64,000 nt of DNA. Origin: Gemmatimonadales bacterium. GTDB taxonomy: Bacteria > Gemmatimonadota > Gemmatimonadetes > Gemmatimonadales > GWC2-71-9. Location: positions 320,001 through 384,000 of the forward strand of contig JBBCJC010000003.1 of assembly GCA_037189525.1 (NCBI GenBank), read 5' to 3'. The notes beneath the pieces are model-generated. The model was given only the letters and a program-made list of their open reading frames with translations, was not told the origin of the DNA and did no database searches. The translations under genes and the position numbers were made by a program. Shown one piece after another: positions 1 to 8,922 of this stretch. Positions within the stretch are counted from its first letter, which is position 1. Each line of letters opens with the position of its first letter.

Positions 1-546
1 CTCGCCGATCTCGAGCAGATCGTCGTGGCCGCACCGCACTACCGCGGTACCGCGCCGGGACGGGATCTCTGGGCGGGTATCGCGAGTACCATCGAGGCCG
101 ATCGGGTGCGGCCGCTTCCCGTCGGCCGGCGCTGGTTCGGTGCTTCGACCCGTCGCCTGCTGGCGGCCGGGATCACGCTGGCGGTGTTGGGCGGCGGCGG
201 GGGATACTGGCTGGCGCAACGGGGGCAGCCGGTCGCCGCCGTGCCGACGCCCGCAGAGCCGGTAGCCGGGCATGTCATGCCGGCCGGCTTCGACAGTGAG
301 GCCTATGACCGCGCGGTGGCCGAGTTGGAGGACGTGCTCGTGGCCAACCGGGATCGTCTCGATACGGCAACGGTGCGGGTCGTCGAAGAAAGCCTGCGCA
401 CCATCGACGCGGCCATTGCTGATGCGCGCCTGGCAATCCAACGCGACAGCGCGAACGCGTATCTCAACGGTCAGATCGCGGCGCATCTGCGGAAGAAGGT
501 AACGGTCCTCCGGCTGGCCGCCCGAGCACTCGGCTCGGAAACTTAA
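1..546 (+). CDS. Membrane-anchored hypothetical protein, probable anti-sigma-like (5' truncated by window)
   Basis: Frame is open from position 1; single TM segment (LLAAGITLAVLGGGGGYWL) and a helical C-terminus; lies upstream of DUF4097 genes, a context typical of ECF/anti-sigma operons (inference). Confidence 0.5.
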   Translation, partial: LADLEQIVVAAPHYRGTAPGRDLWAGIASTIEADRVRPLPVGRRWFGASTRRLLAAGITLAVLGGGGGYWLAQRGQPVAAVPTPAEPVAGHVMPAGFDSEAYDRAVAELEDVLVANRDRLDTATVRVVEESLRTIDAAIADARLAIQRDSANAYLNGQIAAHLRKKVTVLRLAARALGSET

Positions 547-552
547 GGACGG

Positions 553-1542
553 ATGATGGTCATGATTCCATTGACGATGGTGCTTCTCTCGACGCTTGCG
601 GCGCAACAGCCGCGCTTCGATACCGATACCACGGTTGCGGTGCCGCAAGGTGCGCGACTGCGATTGCAGAACCAGAACGGAGACATCGTGATCCGTACCT
701 GGAATCGGCAGGAAATGCGGATTCAGGCGATGCACGCGGCTCGTGCCCGGGTCGAAGTCGACGTTCGGGGCCAGTCGGTCGACCTCCGGGTGCGCGACCG
801 GATGGGAATGCCGCGCGCGGTGGACTACGAACTCACGGTGCCGGTATCGATGGCGCTCGATGTCGGCGGGATGAGTACGGAGATTTCGATCGACGGGATT
901 CGGGCGCCGGTCAAAGCCAATACCCTGGACGGCAACATCACGTTGCGGGGCGGTGCCGAGTCGATCCAACTGACGGCGTTGTCCGGTCGAATCGACGTTT
1001 CCGGCTCGCGCGGCCGGCTCGAGGTGCGGGCCGTCTCGAACGATGTGGCGGTCAACGACGCGGAAGGCGAACTGATCGTGGAGAGCGTCAGCGGCAATAT
1101 CGACATGCGCAACATCGTGTCCCGATCGGTCGATGCGCAGGTAGTGAGCGGCAATGTGATCTTTCAGGGGCCGATCGACGATCGCGGCACCTATACGATG
1201 GTGTCGCACAGCGGCAACGTCACCCTGGGCCTGCCCGACAACACGAATGCCACGATCTCCGCTCTGGTATCGAGCGGAACCGTGCGATCGAGCTTCACGA
1301 TTTCGGGCGAGCGTCAGAGCCGCCGGATGACCCGGTATCGGTTGGGAGCGGGCACCGCATCCATCGACGTCGAAACCTTCAGCGGCAATGTTCGGTTGCT
1401 GCGGACCTCGGAACTCGACCCGCCTCGCGCCAGTCGCCGCAATCGGGATCGGGGCCGGCCGGATCACGAGGGGTATGGTCATGATGCGGAGGGTCCTTCG
1501 GCAAACATGTGGGGCGTCGACAACGGGAGAAATGAGCCATGA
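553..1542 (+). CDS. DUF4097 family beta-strand repeat protein, secreted
   Basis: Signal peptide; repeated (T/S)xSG(N/D)(I/V) units; SD AAGGA upstream. Confidence 0.8.
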   Translation: MMVMIPLTMVLLSTLAAQQPRFDTDTTVAVPQGARLRLQNQNGDIVIRTWNRQEMRIQAMHAARARVEVDVRGQSVDLRVRDRMGMPRAVDYELTVPVSMALDVGGMSTEISIDGIRAPVKANTLDGNITLRGGAESIQLTALSGRIDVSGSRGRLEVRAVSNDVAVNDAEGELIVESVSGNIDMRNIVSRSVDAQVVSGNVIFQGPIDDRGTYTMVSHSGNVTLGLPDNTNATISALVSSGTVRSSFTISGERQSRRMTRYRLGAGTASIDVETFSGNVRLLRTSELDPPRASRRNRDRGRPDHEGYGHDAEGPSANMWGVDNGRNEP

Positions 1543-2450
1543 GAGTCGGAGTCGCGTTGGTTGCGATGGGCACCCTGGGGGCCGCGGCCAACCTTGGTGC
1601 GCAGGATTTTACCTTCAGTCGGAACCTGGCGGAAGGACAGCGGTTTGCCCTCCGGAACATCGTCGGAGATGTCCGGGTGGAAGGGACGAGCGGCCGGACC
1701 GTTCAGGTCGAGGCGGTCAAGCGTGAGGGCCGGTATGGCGACCCTGCGGATGTCGAGATCCGAACCGTCGATATCGAGGGTGGCGTCGCCATCTGTGTCT
1801 ACTACCCCGGGCAATATTCGCGGAACGATCGGGGCCGGAATGATCGCGATGATCGCGATGATCGTGACGACCGTCGCAATCGGAACCGGGATAACCGGGA
1901 TAACAACGTCTGCAGCCGGGACGGGCGTTGGGGTGGCAATGATCGGAACGACACCCGGGTCGACTTCGTGATCAAGGTGCCCGCCGGGCTCCGGCTCGAT
2001 CTCAAGACGGTCTCCGGTGACGTCTGGGGTCGCGGTCTGCGCGGCAACCTCGATCTCTCCACCGTCTCCGGGCATCTGGAATTGGTCGATGCCACGGCCG
2101 ATGTGCTGGAGGCCTCATCGGTGAGCGGCAGCGTCGACCTCGAACGTGTCACGGCACGAGAGGTGAGCGCCGAGACGGTCAGCGGCAACGTGAGCTTTAC
2201 CGGCTCGATCGAGGGGAAGGGGAGCTACGATTTCAAAACGCTGAGCGGTAACGTCCTGTTGACGCTGCCTCGGCAGCCCGACGCAAGCGTCACCGCGAGA
2301 ACCTTCAGCGGCCGGGTGCGCTCGGAGTTTCCGCTCGAGCAGGAAACCCGGCGCCGCCGGAATCGAGCCACCGGAACCTGGGGCAACGGTGGCGCGCAGC
2401 TTGATCTGGAATCGTTCTCGGGTAACATCACCATCCGTACTGCCCGCTAA
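1539..2450 (+). CDS. DUF4097 family beta-strand repeat protein, secreted
   Basis: ATGA overlap with upstream gene; signal peptide; TVSGD/SVSGS/TLSGN/TFSG repeats. Confidence 0.8.
   Translation: MRVGVALVAMGTLGAAANLGAQDFTFSRNLAEGQRFALRNIVGDVRVEGTSGRTVQVEAVKREGRYGDPADVEIRTVDIEGGVAICVYYPGQYSRNDRGRNDRDDRDDRDDRRNRNRDNRDNNVCSRDGRWGGNDRNDTRVDFVIKVPAGLRLDLKTVSGDVWGRGLRGNLDLSTVSGHLELVDATADVLEASSVSGSVDLERVTAREVSAETVSGNVSFTGSIEGKGSYDFKTLSGNVLLTLPRQPDASVTARTFSGRVRSEFPLEQETRRRRNRATGTWGNGGAQLDLESFSGNITIRTAR
1839..1904 (+). repeat. In-frame 9-bp tandem repeats (GATGATCGC-like x4; AACCGGGAT x2) encoding an R/D/N-rich loop
   Basis: Directly visible: aatgatcgc gatgatcgc gatgatcgt gacgaccgt ... aaccgggat aaccgggat aac. 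Confidence 0.85.
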
Positions 2451-2619
2451 CGTCTGCCGGTGGGCTCGCTCCGGTCGTCCGCCTCGGCGGGCGGCCGGAC
2501 GCCACACCGGGCTCCGAAGTGACATTGCGAAGCAAGAGACCAATCGCGTGCGCCCATCGCCTCGAGGTGAGGCGAAGCCCATTGCACAATCGACATGACG
2601 GTTGCTGCGTAACGGGCCC

Positions 2620-3717
2620 TCAGCGCGGTGTGATCAATGCCTTGAGCACCGTTTGCTGCTCGACCGCCCGAAGCGCCTCGCCCGCCCGCGTCAGATCGTA
2701 GCGGGCCGACACCATCTCCGCCCACGGCACCCGATCCTGAAACCGGGCGGCAATTCTCACTGCGCGATGGAAGTGCGAGAAATCGGATCCCCAGCAGCCG
2801 CGGATCTCGACGTGCTTCCGATTGATCTGCGTGTGCGGATTGATCGCCACCGGGCCATGGTCGGTGTACTGTCCCACGACGACGACTCGGCCCCCGTCGC
2901 GCACCAGGTCGAGCGCCTGCGGTACGGCTTCGGGGCGTCCGGCTGCTTCGATGACCACATCCACGCCTCGGCCGCCGGTCAGCGCGCGAACCGCCTCCAT
3001 CCGCTCCTCGGGCGTGTGCGAGAGGCTCAGCGTGTGGGTCGCCCCCATCCGGCGGGCAAACGCGAGGCGATCGTCCGGCGCGCCGACGGCGATGATGGTG
3101 TCCGCCCCCGACAGCGCAGCCAGCGCCACGACCGATTGCCCCACCGGTCCCACGCCCAGCACCGCGACGCTCTGCCCCAGCCGAAGCTCGGCGCGGTCGA
3201 GCGCATGGATCGAGGTGGTCAGTCCGCAGCCGCCGCCGATGAAGGTCTCGGGGGCCAGGGTCTCGGGCAGGCGGATCATCTTGACGCCGGGCTTCATCCA
3301 CAGATTGTCGGCCCAGCCGCCTAACGGTCCGTCGTGGGCGCCATAGGTGATGCCGTAGACTTTCCGATGCGGGCATCGGGTGGTCTGCTTGGCTACCAGG
3401 CACTGATAGCAGGCGTTGCAGGTTTCGTGGACATCGAGGAACGTCACCACGTCACCCTCGCGGAAGGGCATGCCGTCGAGATCGGCAATCGGGCCGCCCA
3501 GGTCCACGATCCGGCCGACCGATACATGCCCGGGAATCAGGGGATAGGGTACCCCGGCCAGGCGTCCATGGTGCAGGTGGACATCGGTGCCGCAGACCTC
3601 GGAATACAAGGTTTCGAGGAGAGCCGCTCCCGGCGCGAGCGCCGGAATCGGGATCTCGGTTAGTTCGACTGCTTGGTCTGGAGCGGGGATGACGGCGGCA
3701 CGACAGAATCGGGACAT
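2620..3717 (-). CDS. Zinc-binding (MDR) alcohol dehydrogenase
   Basis: CGTDVH, GH(V)xxG, structural Zn motif CxxCxxC-x7-C, GxGPVG Rossmann motif. Confidence 0.9.
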   Translation of the reverse strand: MSRFCRAAVIPAPDQAVELTEIPIPALAPGAALLETLYSEVCGTDVHLHHGRLAGVPYPLIPGHVSVGRIVDLGGPIADLDGMPFREGDVVTFLDVHETCNACYQCLVAKQTTRCPHRKVYGITYGAHDGPLGGWADNLWMKPGVKMIRLPETLAPETFIGGGCGLTTSIHALDRAELRLGQSVAVLGVGPVGQSVVALAALSGADTIIAVGAPDDRLAFARRMGATHTLSLSHTPEERMEAVRALTGGRGVDVVIEAAGRPEAVPQALDLVRDGGRVVVVGQYTDHGPVAINPHTQINRKHVEIRGCWGSDFSHFHRAVRIAARFQDRVPWAEMVSARYDLTRAGEALRAVEQQTVLKALITPR

Positions 3718-3719
3718 GA

Positions 3720-4553
3720 TCAGGCTGCTAGCAGTTCGAGGTGGACGCCATGGGCTTCGCTATCGGCAATCAGCACCGACCGGCGGCCAAAGACCGTATG
3801 GGGCACGGACTGCTCGTCGAGCAGGCGCCGCGCGGCGTCGAGGCTGCGCACCGCGACCGTCAGGCCCAGTCCCCGTGTCTCGGCCAATGACTCGACCGGC
3901 CGGTCCAGCCGATGCGCAGCATAGGCCGGGGAGACGACCCAGATGCGGGTGCCCAGGAGATCGAGCGCAATTCCACCGGGGTGCGGATGCATGCTGGCCC
4001 GGCCCAGCAGGCGATCGTAGATCGGAGAGATCGCGGCGGGGTCGGGGTGAACGACGGTGAGGGCCACGACCTCCGTTGCGGTGTTGGCGTGTCGCTGCCA
4101 CTCCGGCCGCCAGACGAATTCGGGGGTATGATGCTGGCAGATGAATCCCGGCAGCGCCGGCGTTGCCTCGGGTGGCAGCTGGGTGATGGTGAACTTCGCC
4201 TCGACGGTCGACTGACCGAGCCGGACCGGGCGGCTGAAGTCGAGCAGGTCCGCCGCCGCGATCCCTCGGCTGCGGAGGGTGGTTCGGGTATGCGCCGCAT
4301 CCCGGGAGCCGTAGGCAATGCCCGCCAGCTGCTCCCCCGCGGCCAACATGTTCTGCCACCGCTGATTCTCGGCCCGCGGCTCGACCACGGTCAGCAACTC
4401 GAAGTACGTCCGCCCCAGCATGACGGTGTGATTGGCGGTGCCAAGTTTCGGGTGGCCCCCGCGCGCGGTGAGCGTAAAGCCGAGCCGGCGATAGGCCGCG
4501 GCGGCCCGATCGAGGTCCCGGACGGCGAGCACGGCATGATCGAAGTGGAGCAT
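3720..4553 (-). CDS. VOC / glyoxalase-like domain protein
   Basis: N-terminal FDHAVLAVRDL, LGF..GGHPKLGTAN, YFEL motifs. Confidence 0.8.
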   Translation of the reverse strand: MLHFDHAVLAVRDLDRAAAAYRRLGFTLTARGGHPKLGTANHTVMLGRTYFELLTVVEPRAENQRWQNMLAAGEQLAGIAYGSRDAAHTRTTLRSRGIAAADLLDFSRPVRLGQSTVEAKFTITQLPPEATPALPGFICQHHTPEFVWRPEWQRHANTATEVVALTVVHPDPAAISPIYDRLLGRASMHPHPGGIALDLLGTRIWVVSPAYAAHRLDRPVESLAETRGLGLTVAVRSLDAARRLLDEQSVPHTVFGRRSVLIADSEAHGVHLELLAA

Positions 4554-4657
4554 CGTGGTCGTATTATTGAGGTGCCGGGCAATCTATCCCCGGCGGTCGT
4601 GGCTTGATACCGTGATCGAGCCCGCCGACCTTTCGGCTCCCGTTCTGAGGAGGCAGC

Positions 4658-5017
4658 GTGACTCGGCATTTGGCCAATCCCCACAAGATTCAGCACAAGA
4701 TGACAACGACCGCCCTGGTGCTCGAGGGCTATCGGGTCGTCGAGACCCTCGGCGTCGTGCTTGGCATCACGGTTCGATCGCGGTCGATCGTCGGGTTTGC
4801 GCTCGCCTCGTTCGAAACGATCCGGGGCGGTCGGATCAAGCGCTTCGTCGAACTGTGTGAACGCACTCGCGCCGAAGCCTTCGAACTGATGATCGAGCAC
4901 GCGGAACAGCACGGTGCCAACGCCATCCTGGCGGTGCGCTACGACGCCACCGAAGTGATGCACGGTGTCACGGAAGTCCTCTGCTATGGCACGGCAGTGC
5001 TCGTCGAGCCCGAGTAA
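4658..5017 (+). CDS. YbjQ / UPF0145 family protein
   Basis: GANAILAVRYD and EVLCYGTAV motifs; SD GAGGAGG before the GTG. Confidence 0.85.
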   Translation: MTRHLANPHKIQHKMTTTALVLEGYRVVETLGVVLGITVRSRSIVGFALASFETIRGGRIKRFVELCERTRAEAFELMIEHAEQHGANAILAVRYDATEVMHGVTEVLCYGTAVLVEPE

Positions 5018-5117
5018 GACGTGTGCGTTCGTTTGCTCCGGATTGGGGTGATTCTGGTACCGCTGGCCTGACCGGGGCAGAATATCATGGACGTATTCCC
5101 GGGCGTGGAGTGCGTCG

Positions 5118-6656
5118 GTGTTGTCACGGATTCGGTCAGCAGCAGTGCTCGGCATCGATGCGTATCCGGTGGAGGTGGAAGTGCACCTCGCGCCGGGGCT
5201 GCCTTCCTTCACGACGGTCGGGCTGCCCCAGGGCGCCGTCAAAGAGGGCCGTGAGCGGGTCGCCTCGGCCATCGTCAACTCGGGATTCGAAGTTCCCCTC
5301 AAGCGGATCATCACGAACCTTTCGCCCGCCGACGTGCCAAAAGCGGGGTCGGCATTCGACCTGCCCACGGCGTTAGGCATTCTCGCTGCCAGCGGGCAGA
5401 TCAACCCGATCGACCTTTCCGAAGGTCTCTGCTTCGGTGAATTGGGCCTCGAGGGCGACTTGCGACCGTTGCGCGGCACCCTCTCACTCGTGGCATGCGC
5501 CAAGCAGGTCGGTGCGCAATGGGTCGTGTTGCCGGAACCGAACCAGCATGAGGGGGCGCTGGTCGACGGCATCCGAATCCTCGGCGCTCGAACCCTGCGC
5601 GACGTGGTTGCGTACCTGGAGGGCGGCCCGGAGTCGATGCCGGTGGTGGAGGCGGCCGCAACTCCGATGGTTCGGTCGCCCGACGATGCCGATTTTGCCG
5701 AGGTACGCGGCCAGCGTGCCGCCAAGCGGGCTCTGGAGGTGGCGGCCGCTGGCGGTCACAACGTTCTCATGGTCGGGCCGCCGGGCAGCGGTAAGACGAT
5801 GCTGGCGCGCCGGCTGCCCAGCGTGCTGCCGGCACTCGATTCGGAGGAAGCGCTGGAGGTCACCAGAATCCACAGCGTGGCCGGACTGCTGCCGGCCTGG
5901 GGAGGTCTGGTAACCGCGCGACCGTTCCGGGCGCCGCACCACACCGTCAGTGATGCCGGGATGTCGGGTGGTGGCCAGCACCCGCGCCCGGGAGAGGTGA
6001 GCCTGGCCCATCACGGCGTTCTGTTTCTGGATGAACTGCTCGAGTTCCGCCGCAACGTGCTCGAAGTGCTGCGGCAGCCGCTCGAAGACGGCCACGTCAC
6101 GCTGTCTCGCGCCGCGATCAGTGTGAACTATCCCGCCCGGTTCATGCTGGCTGCCGCCATGAATCCGTGCCCTTGCGGGTTTCTGGATGATCCTGTCAAA
6201 ACGTGTCTCTGCTCACCGGATCGGATCCGATCGTACCGGGCCAGGCTCTCAGGGCCGCTCTACGACCGGATCGACTTTCACGTTCCGGTGCCGGCGCTGG
6301 CTTGGCACGACCTGGCCGACGCGACCCCGCAGGAGTCGAGCGCTGCGATTCGTTCCAGGGTCGAGGCGGCTCGCGTCCGCCAGCGGGAACGGTTGCGGGG
6401 CAGGCGAGGGGTGCGCACCAATGCCCACCTGCACGCCCGGGACATCGATCGCTGGTGTCGTCCCGATGTAGAGGGGCGACGGCTGCTCGAGGCCGCCATG
6501 CATCGGATGGGGTGGTCGGCCCGGGCCTACACCCGGGTACTCAAGGTCGCCCGAACCATCGCGGACCTCGAAGGAGAGGACACGGTCCGGGCGCCACACG
6601 TTGCGGAGGCAGTGCAGTACCGGGTGCTCGACCGAGCACCCCGGCCCGACGCCTAA
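5118..6656 (+). CDS. comM: YifB/ComM family Mg-chelatase-like AAA+ ATPase
   Basis: VGLPxxAVKE, NLSPAD, GPPGSGKT, PFRAPHH, GVLFLDE, NPCPCG, ARTIADL. Confidence 0.92.
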   Translation: MLSRIRSAAVLGIDAYPVEVEVHLAPGLPSFTTVGLPQGAVKEGRERVASAIVNSGFEVPLKRIITNLSPADVPKAGSAFDLPTALGILAASGQINPIDLSEGLCFGELGLEGDLRPLRGTLSLVACAKQVGAQWVVLPEPNQHEGALVDGIRILGARTLRDVVAYLEGGPESMPVVEAAATPMVRSPDDADFAEVRGQRAAKRALEVAAAGGHNVLMVGPPGSGKTMLARRLPSVLPALDSEEALEVTRIHSVAGLLPAWGGLVTARPFRAPHHTVSDAGMSGGGQHPRPGEVSLAHHGVLFLDELLEFRRNVLEVLRQPLEDGHVTLSRAAISVNYPARFMLAAAMNPCPCGFLDDPVKTCLCSPDRIRSYRARLSGPLYDRIDFHVPVPALAWHDLADATPQESSAAIRSRVEAARVRQRERLRGRRGVRTNAHLHARDIDRWCRPDVEGRRLLEAAMHRMGWSARAYTRVLKVARTIADLEGEDTVRAPHVAEAVQYRVLDRAPRPDA

Positions 6657-7057
6657 CGATCGGTCAAGTCGACTGTCAGGCGGAGTCGGTACTGATCCGG
6701 TCCGATCGATCCGGAAACGGTACGGAGCGGAAGGAGGTCGAGCAGGCGGATCCGATAGTTGTCATCGGCCCACGCCGTCGGCAGCGGACTGTTCACCAGA
6801 ATCGGGTCCGGCGCCCCGCCGCCGAAAATCTCGAGTTCGATCCCGGCTTGTCCTTCGGTAACGCAGGCGGCATCGATCGGGCACCGCGAGTCGGCGACGA
6901 CGCGCCGAAACCCGATGATCAGCGGAGTGCCCGCCACGCGAACACTCTGGTTCGGGGTCAGTTCGAACTCCTGGCCGAGTGCAACTTCCTGCGATTCGGT
7001 GCCGAGGCAGGCGCCAAGAGCGAGCGTTGCAGCCAGAATGAGGGTCGTGAACTTCAT
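6653..7057 (-). CDS. Hypothetical lipoprotein
   Basis: MKF..LALGAC lipobox; DSRCPxxxxC motif; AAGGA upstream of ATG 7057. Confidence 0.65.
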   Translation of the reverse strand: MKFTTLILAATLALGACLGTESQEVALGQEFELTPNQSVRVAGTPLIIGFRRVVADSRCPIDAACVTEGQAGIELEIFGGGAPDPILVNSPLPTAWADDNYRIRLLDLLPLRTVSGSIGPDQYRLRLTVDLTDR

Positions 7058-7077
7058 GGGCCTGCAATATCCTTCTC

Positions 7078-7113
7078 GAATGAAAACCGGCCACTGATGC
7101 TCGAGGGCCGGTT
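7078..7113 (-). terminator. Putative intrinsic terminator
   Basis: 8-bp stem AACCGGCC/GGCCGGTT (7085-7092/7106-7113); the minus strand reads TTTTCATT after the GC stem. Confidence 0.6.
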
Positions 7114-7160
7114 CTCTTGGGCATTGAGCTGAGAACTGCATGGTTACGAGGGTACGTAAT

Positions 7161-7177
7161 AGCAACGACCGTACCAG
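7161..7177 (-). promoter_or_regulatory. Sigma-54 (-24/-12) promoter
   Basis: Minus strand CTGGTACGGTCGTTGCT vs consensus YTGGCACGNNNNTTGCW: one mismatch, exact GG-N10-GC spacing, intergenic. Confidence 0.7.
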
Positions 7178-7341
7178 GTTTGGCGGGGCCTAAGTTCATG
7201 TCAGGACACGGCGTTAGGCCGAAACTGTGTTGTTCTGACATACGGCCGCGACACGGGTGTGCGGCGGCCGCGGCCTTTGCAGATTTTCCGACCAACGGGG
7301 CGCCCCAAATTGGCTCTGACGCTACCTAACGAAGGGACCGC

Positions 7342-7860
7342 TCAGGGCGCCTCGGAGAATGCCGTCCGCATCCGTTCGACGATCGCCAGCTCGAGGTTCC
7401 CGGTCGTCGCGCAGACGACGCGATCGTTACGCCCGCCCGGCACATCCACGGCGTCGGCGGTAACCTCGAGGCTGAGTTGTGCTTTGTCGGGGCCGGCCGA
7501 CGTGATCCGGCTGTGGAAGTTCAGATACACGTACCAACCGTCGGCGTTAGGCCCCGTCAGACCCATGCCGCAGGAGAAGTAGCGGGACAGCGGTGCCTTG
7601 CCCATCCGGCGCACGAGACGGTGACGCACCATGGCCACCTGCCGGGGCGCCGTCTGGTCGTCTTTGACCTTGAGGCCCAGGTCATCCAGGGTCTTGAGCA
7701 GGACTTTATGGACCGAGTCCGCCGGACCATTGACGGCACCGCTGGTCCGACCCAGGTCACGGTTGAAGTTGAAATTGCCCCACTCGGTCCGAGCCGTTTC
7801 CTGAGCGGCCAAGGTGCCGGCCGTCAGCAGGGCCGCGCCAGCTGCAATGAGTCCACGCAT
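7342..7860 (-). CDS. Hypothetical secreted protein
   Basis: Signal peptide MRGLIAAGAALL..AAQ; SD GGAG; two Cys (SCG, CATTG). Confidence 0.6.
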   Translation of the reverse strand: MRGLIAAGAALLTAGTLAAQETARTEWGNFNFNRDLGRTSGAVNGPADSVHKVLLKTLDDLGLKVKDDQTAPRQVAMVRHRLVRRMGKAPLSRYFSCGMGLTGPNADGWYVYLNFHSRITSAGPDKAQLSLEVTADAVDVPGGRNDRVVCATTGNLELAIVERMRTAFSEAP

Positions 7861-7998
7861 CGGTGATGTACTCCCTCCGTGTCGGTCAGGGGCGGAACTG
7901 TGCCCTCGCGAGCAGCGCGAATCCGCGTTCGTCATACGACCTCCGGGCACTCCGCGGACGCTGATAGATTTGCACCCGTCATACGCACGGGGCTTGCT

Positions 7999-8922
7999 GT
8001 GGATCCGATTTGTCATACCCTCGCCGGCGGTGCGCTGGCCCAGACCGGCCTGCGATCACTGACCACCCGGGCAACCATCACGTTGGTCCTTGCGGCCAAC
8101 ATCCCGGATATCGATATCATCGCGGCGTTCCTGGGCCGCAACCTCGAATTGCGGCGCGGCCTGACCCATGGCGTGCCCGCCCTGCTCATCTGGCCGTTCA
8201 TCGTTGCCGCTTTGATTTTACTCTACGATCGCTGGCGTGCCAAACCCGGGGAGGATCGGGCCTCGTATCGCGGTCTCCTGATCCTGGCGGCGATTGGTAC
8301 GGTCTCCCATCCCTTTCTGGATTTTCTGAACAGCTACGGCATGCGGTGGCTGATGCCGATCGTCAACCGCTGGTACTATGGCGATACGCTCTTCATCATC
8401 GACATCTGGATGTATCTCATCCTGGGCTCGGGCTGGTGGCTCGCCTCGCGGGCCAGGCGTAAGGGCCTGCCTCGCCCGGCGCGGGTGGCGCATCGGGCGG
8501 TCGGCGCGGCGGCGCTTTACATCGCGCTCATGTCGGGTACGACCTGGATCGGTCGCCGGGCGGCCAGAGCGGAGTTTGGAGAAACCAGGCGATTGATGGT
8601 GGCGGCCGTGCCGATCAATCCGTTCGTCAAACAGGTCATCGCGGACTACGGCGACCGGTTAGTCGTGGGCACCGTGCGATTGCTCCCGACGCCGACCGTG
8701 CAGCGGGATCGCGAAGTCGTGCGCGACCCGCTCTTTCCGGCCGCGATCCTGGCGGCGGCGCGAACCCGGGAAGGGCGCGCCTTTCTCAGCTGGGCGCGCT
8801 TCCCGGCCGCCGTCTCACTTGGTGCGGACGATCAGGTGCGCATCTACGACCTGCGCTATTCGGACGGCGCCGAGCCTTCGTGGGCCAGCGTTACCGTCCA
8901 ATGGAGTCTGGGCGGGATATAG
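7999..8922 (+). CDS. Membrane metal-dependent hydrolase (YdjM/LexA-binding hydrolase-like)
   Basis: MDPICHTL, NIPDID, RGLTHG, SHPFLD..NSYG motifs; start set at GTG 7999. Confidence 0.8.
   Translation: MDPICHTLAGGALAQTGLRSLTTRATITLVLAANIPDIDIIAAFLGRNLELRRGLTHGVPALLIWPFIVAALILLYDRWRAKPGEDRASYRGLLILAAIGTVSHPFLDFLNSYGMRWLMPIVNRWYYGDTLFIIDIWMYLILGSGWWLASRARRKGLPRPARVAHRAVGAAALYIALMSGTTWIGRRAARAEFGETRRLMVAAVPINPFVKQVIADYGDRLVVGTVRLLPTPTVQRDREVVRDPLFPAAILAAARTREGRAFLSWARFPAAVSLGADDQVRIYDLRYSDGAEPSWASVTVQWSLGGI

Noticed and set aside
7093..7226. Hammerhead-like words (CTGATG ... CGAAAC) on the plus strand
   Set aside because: The core reads CUGAUGC rather than CUGANGA, and the required stems cannot be built.
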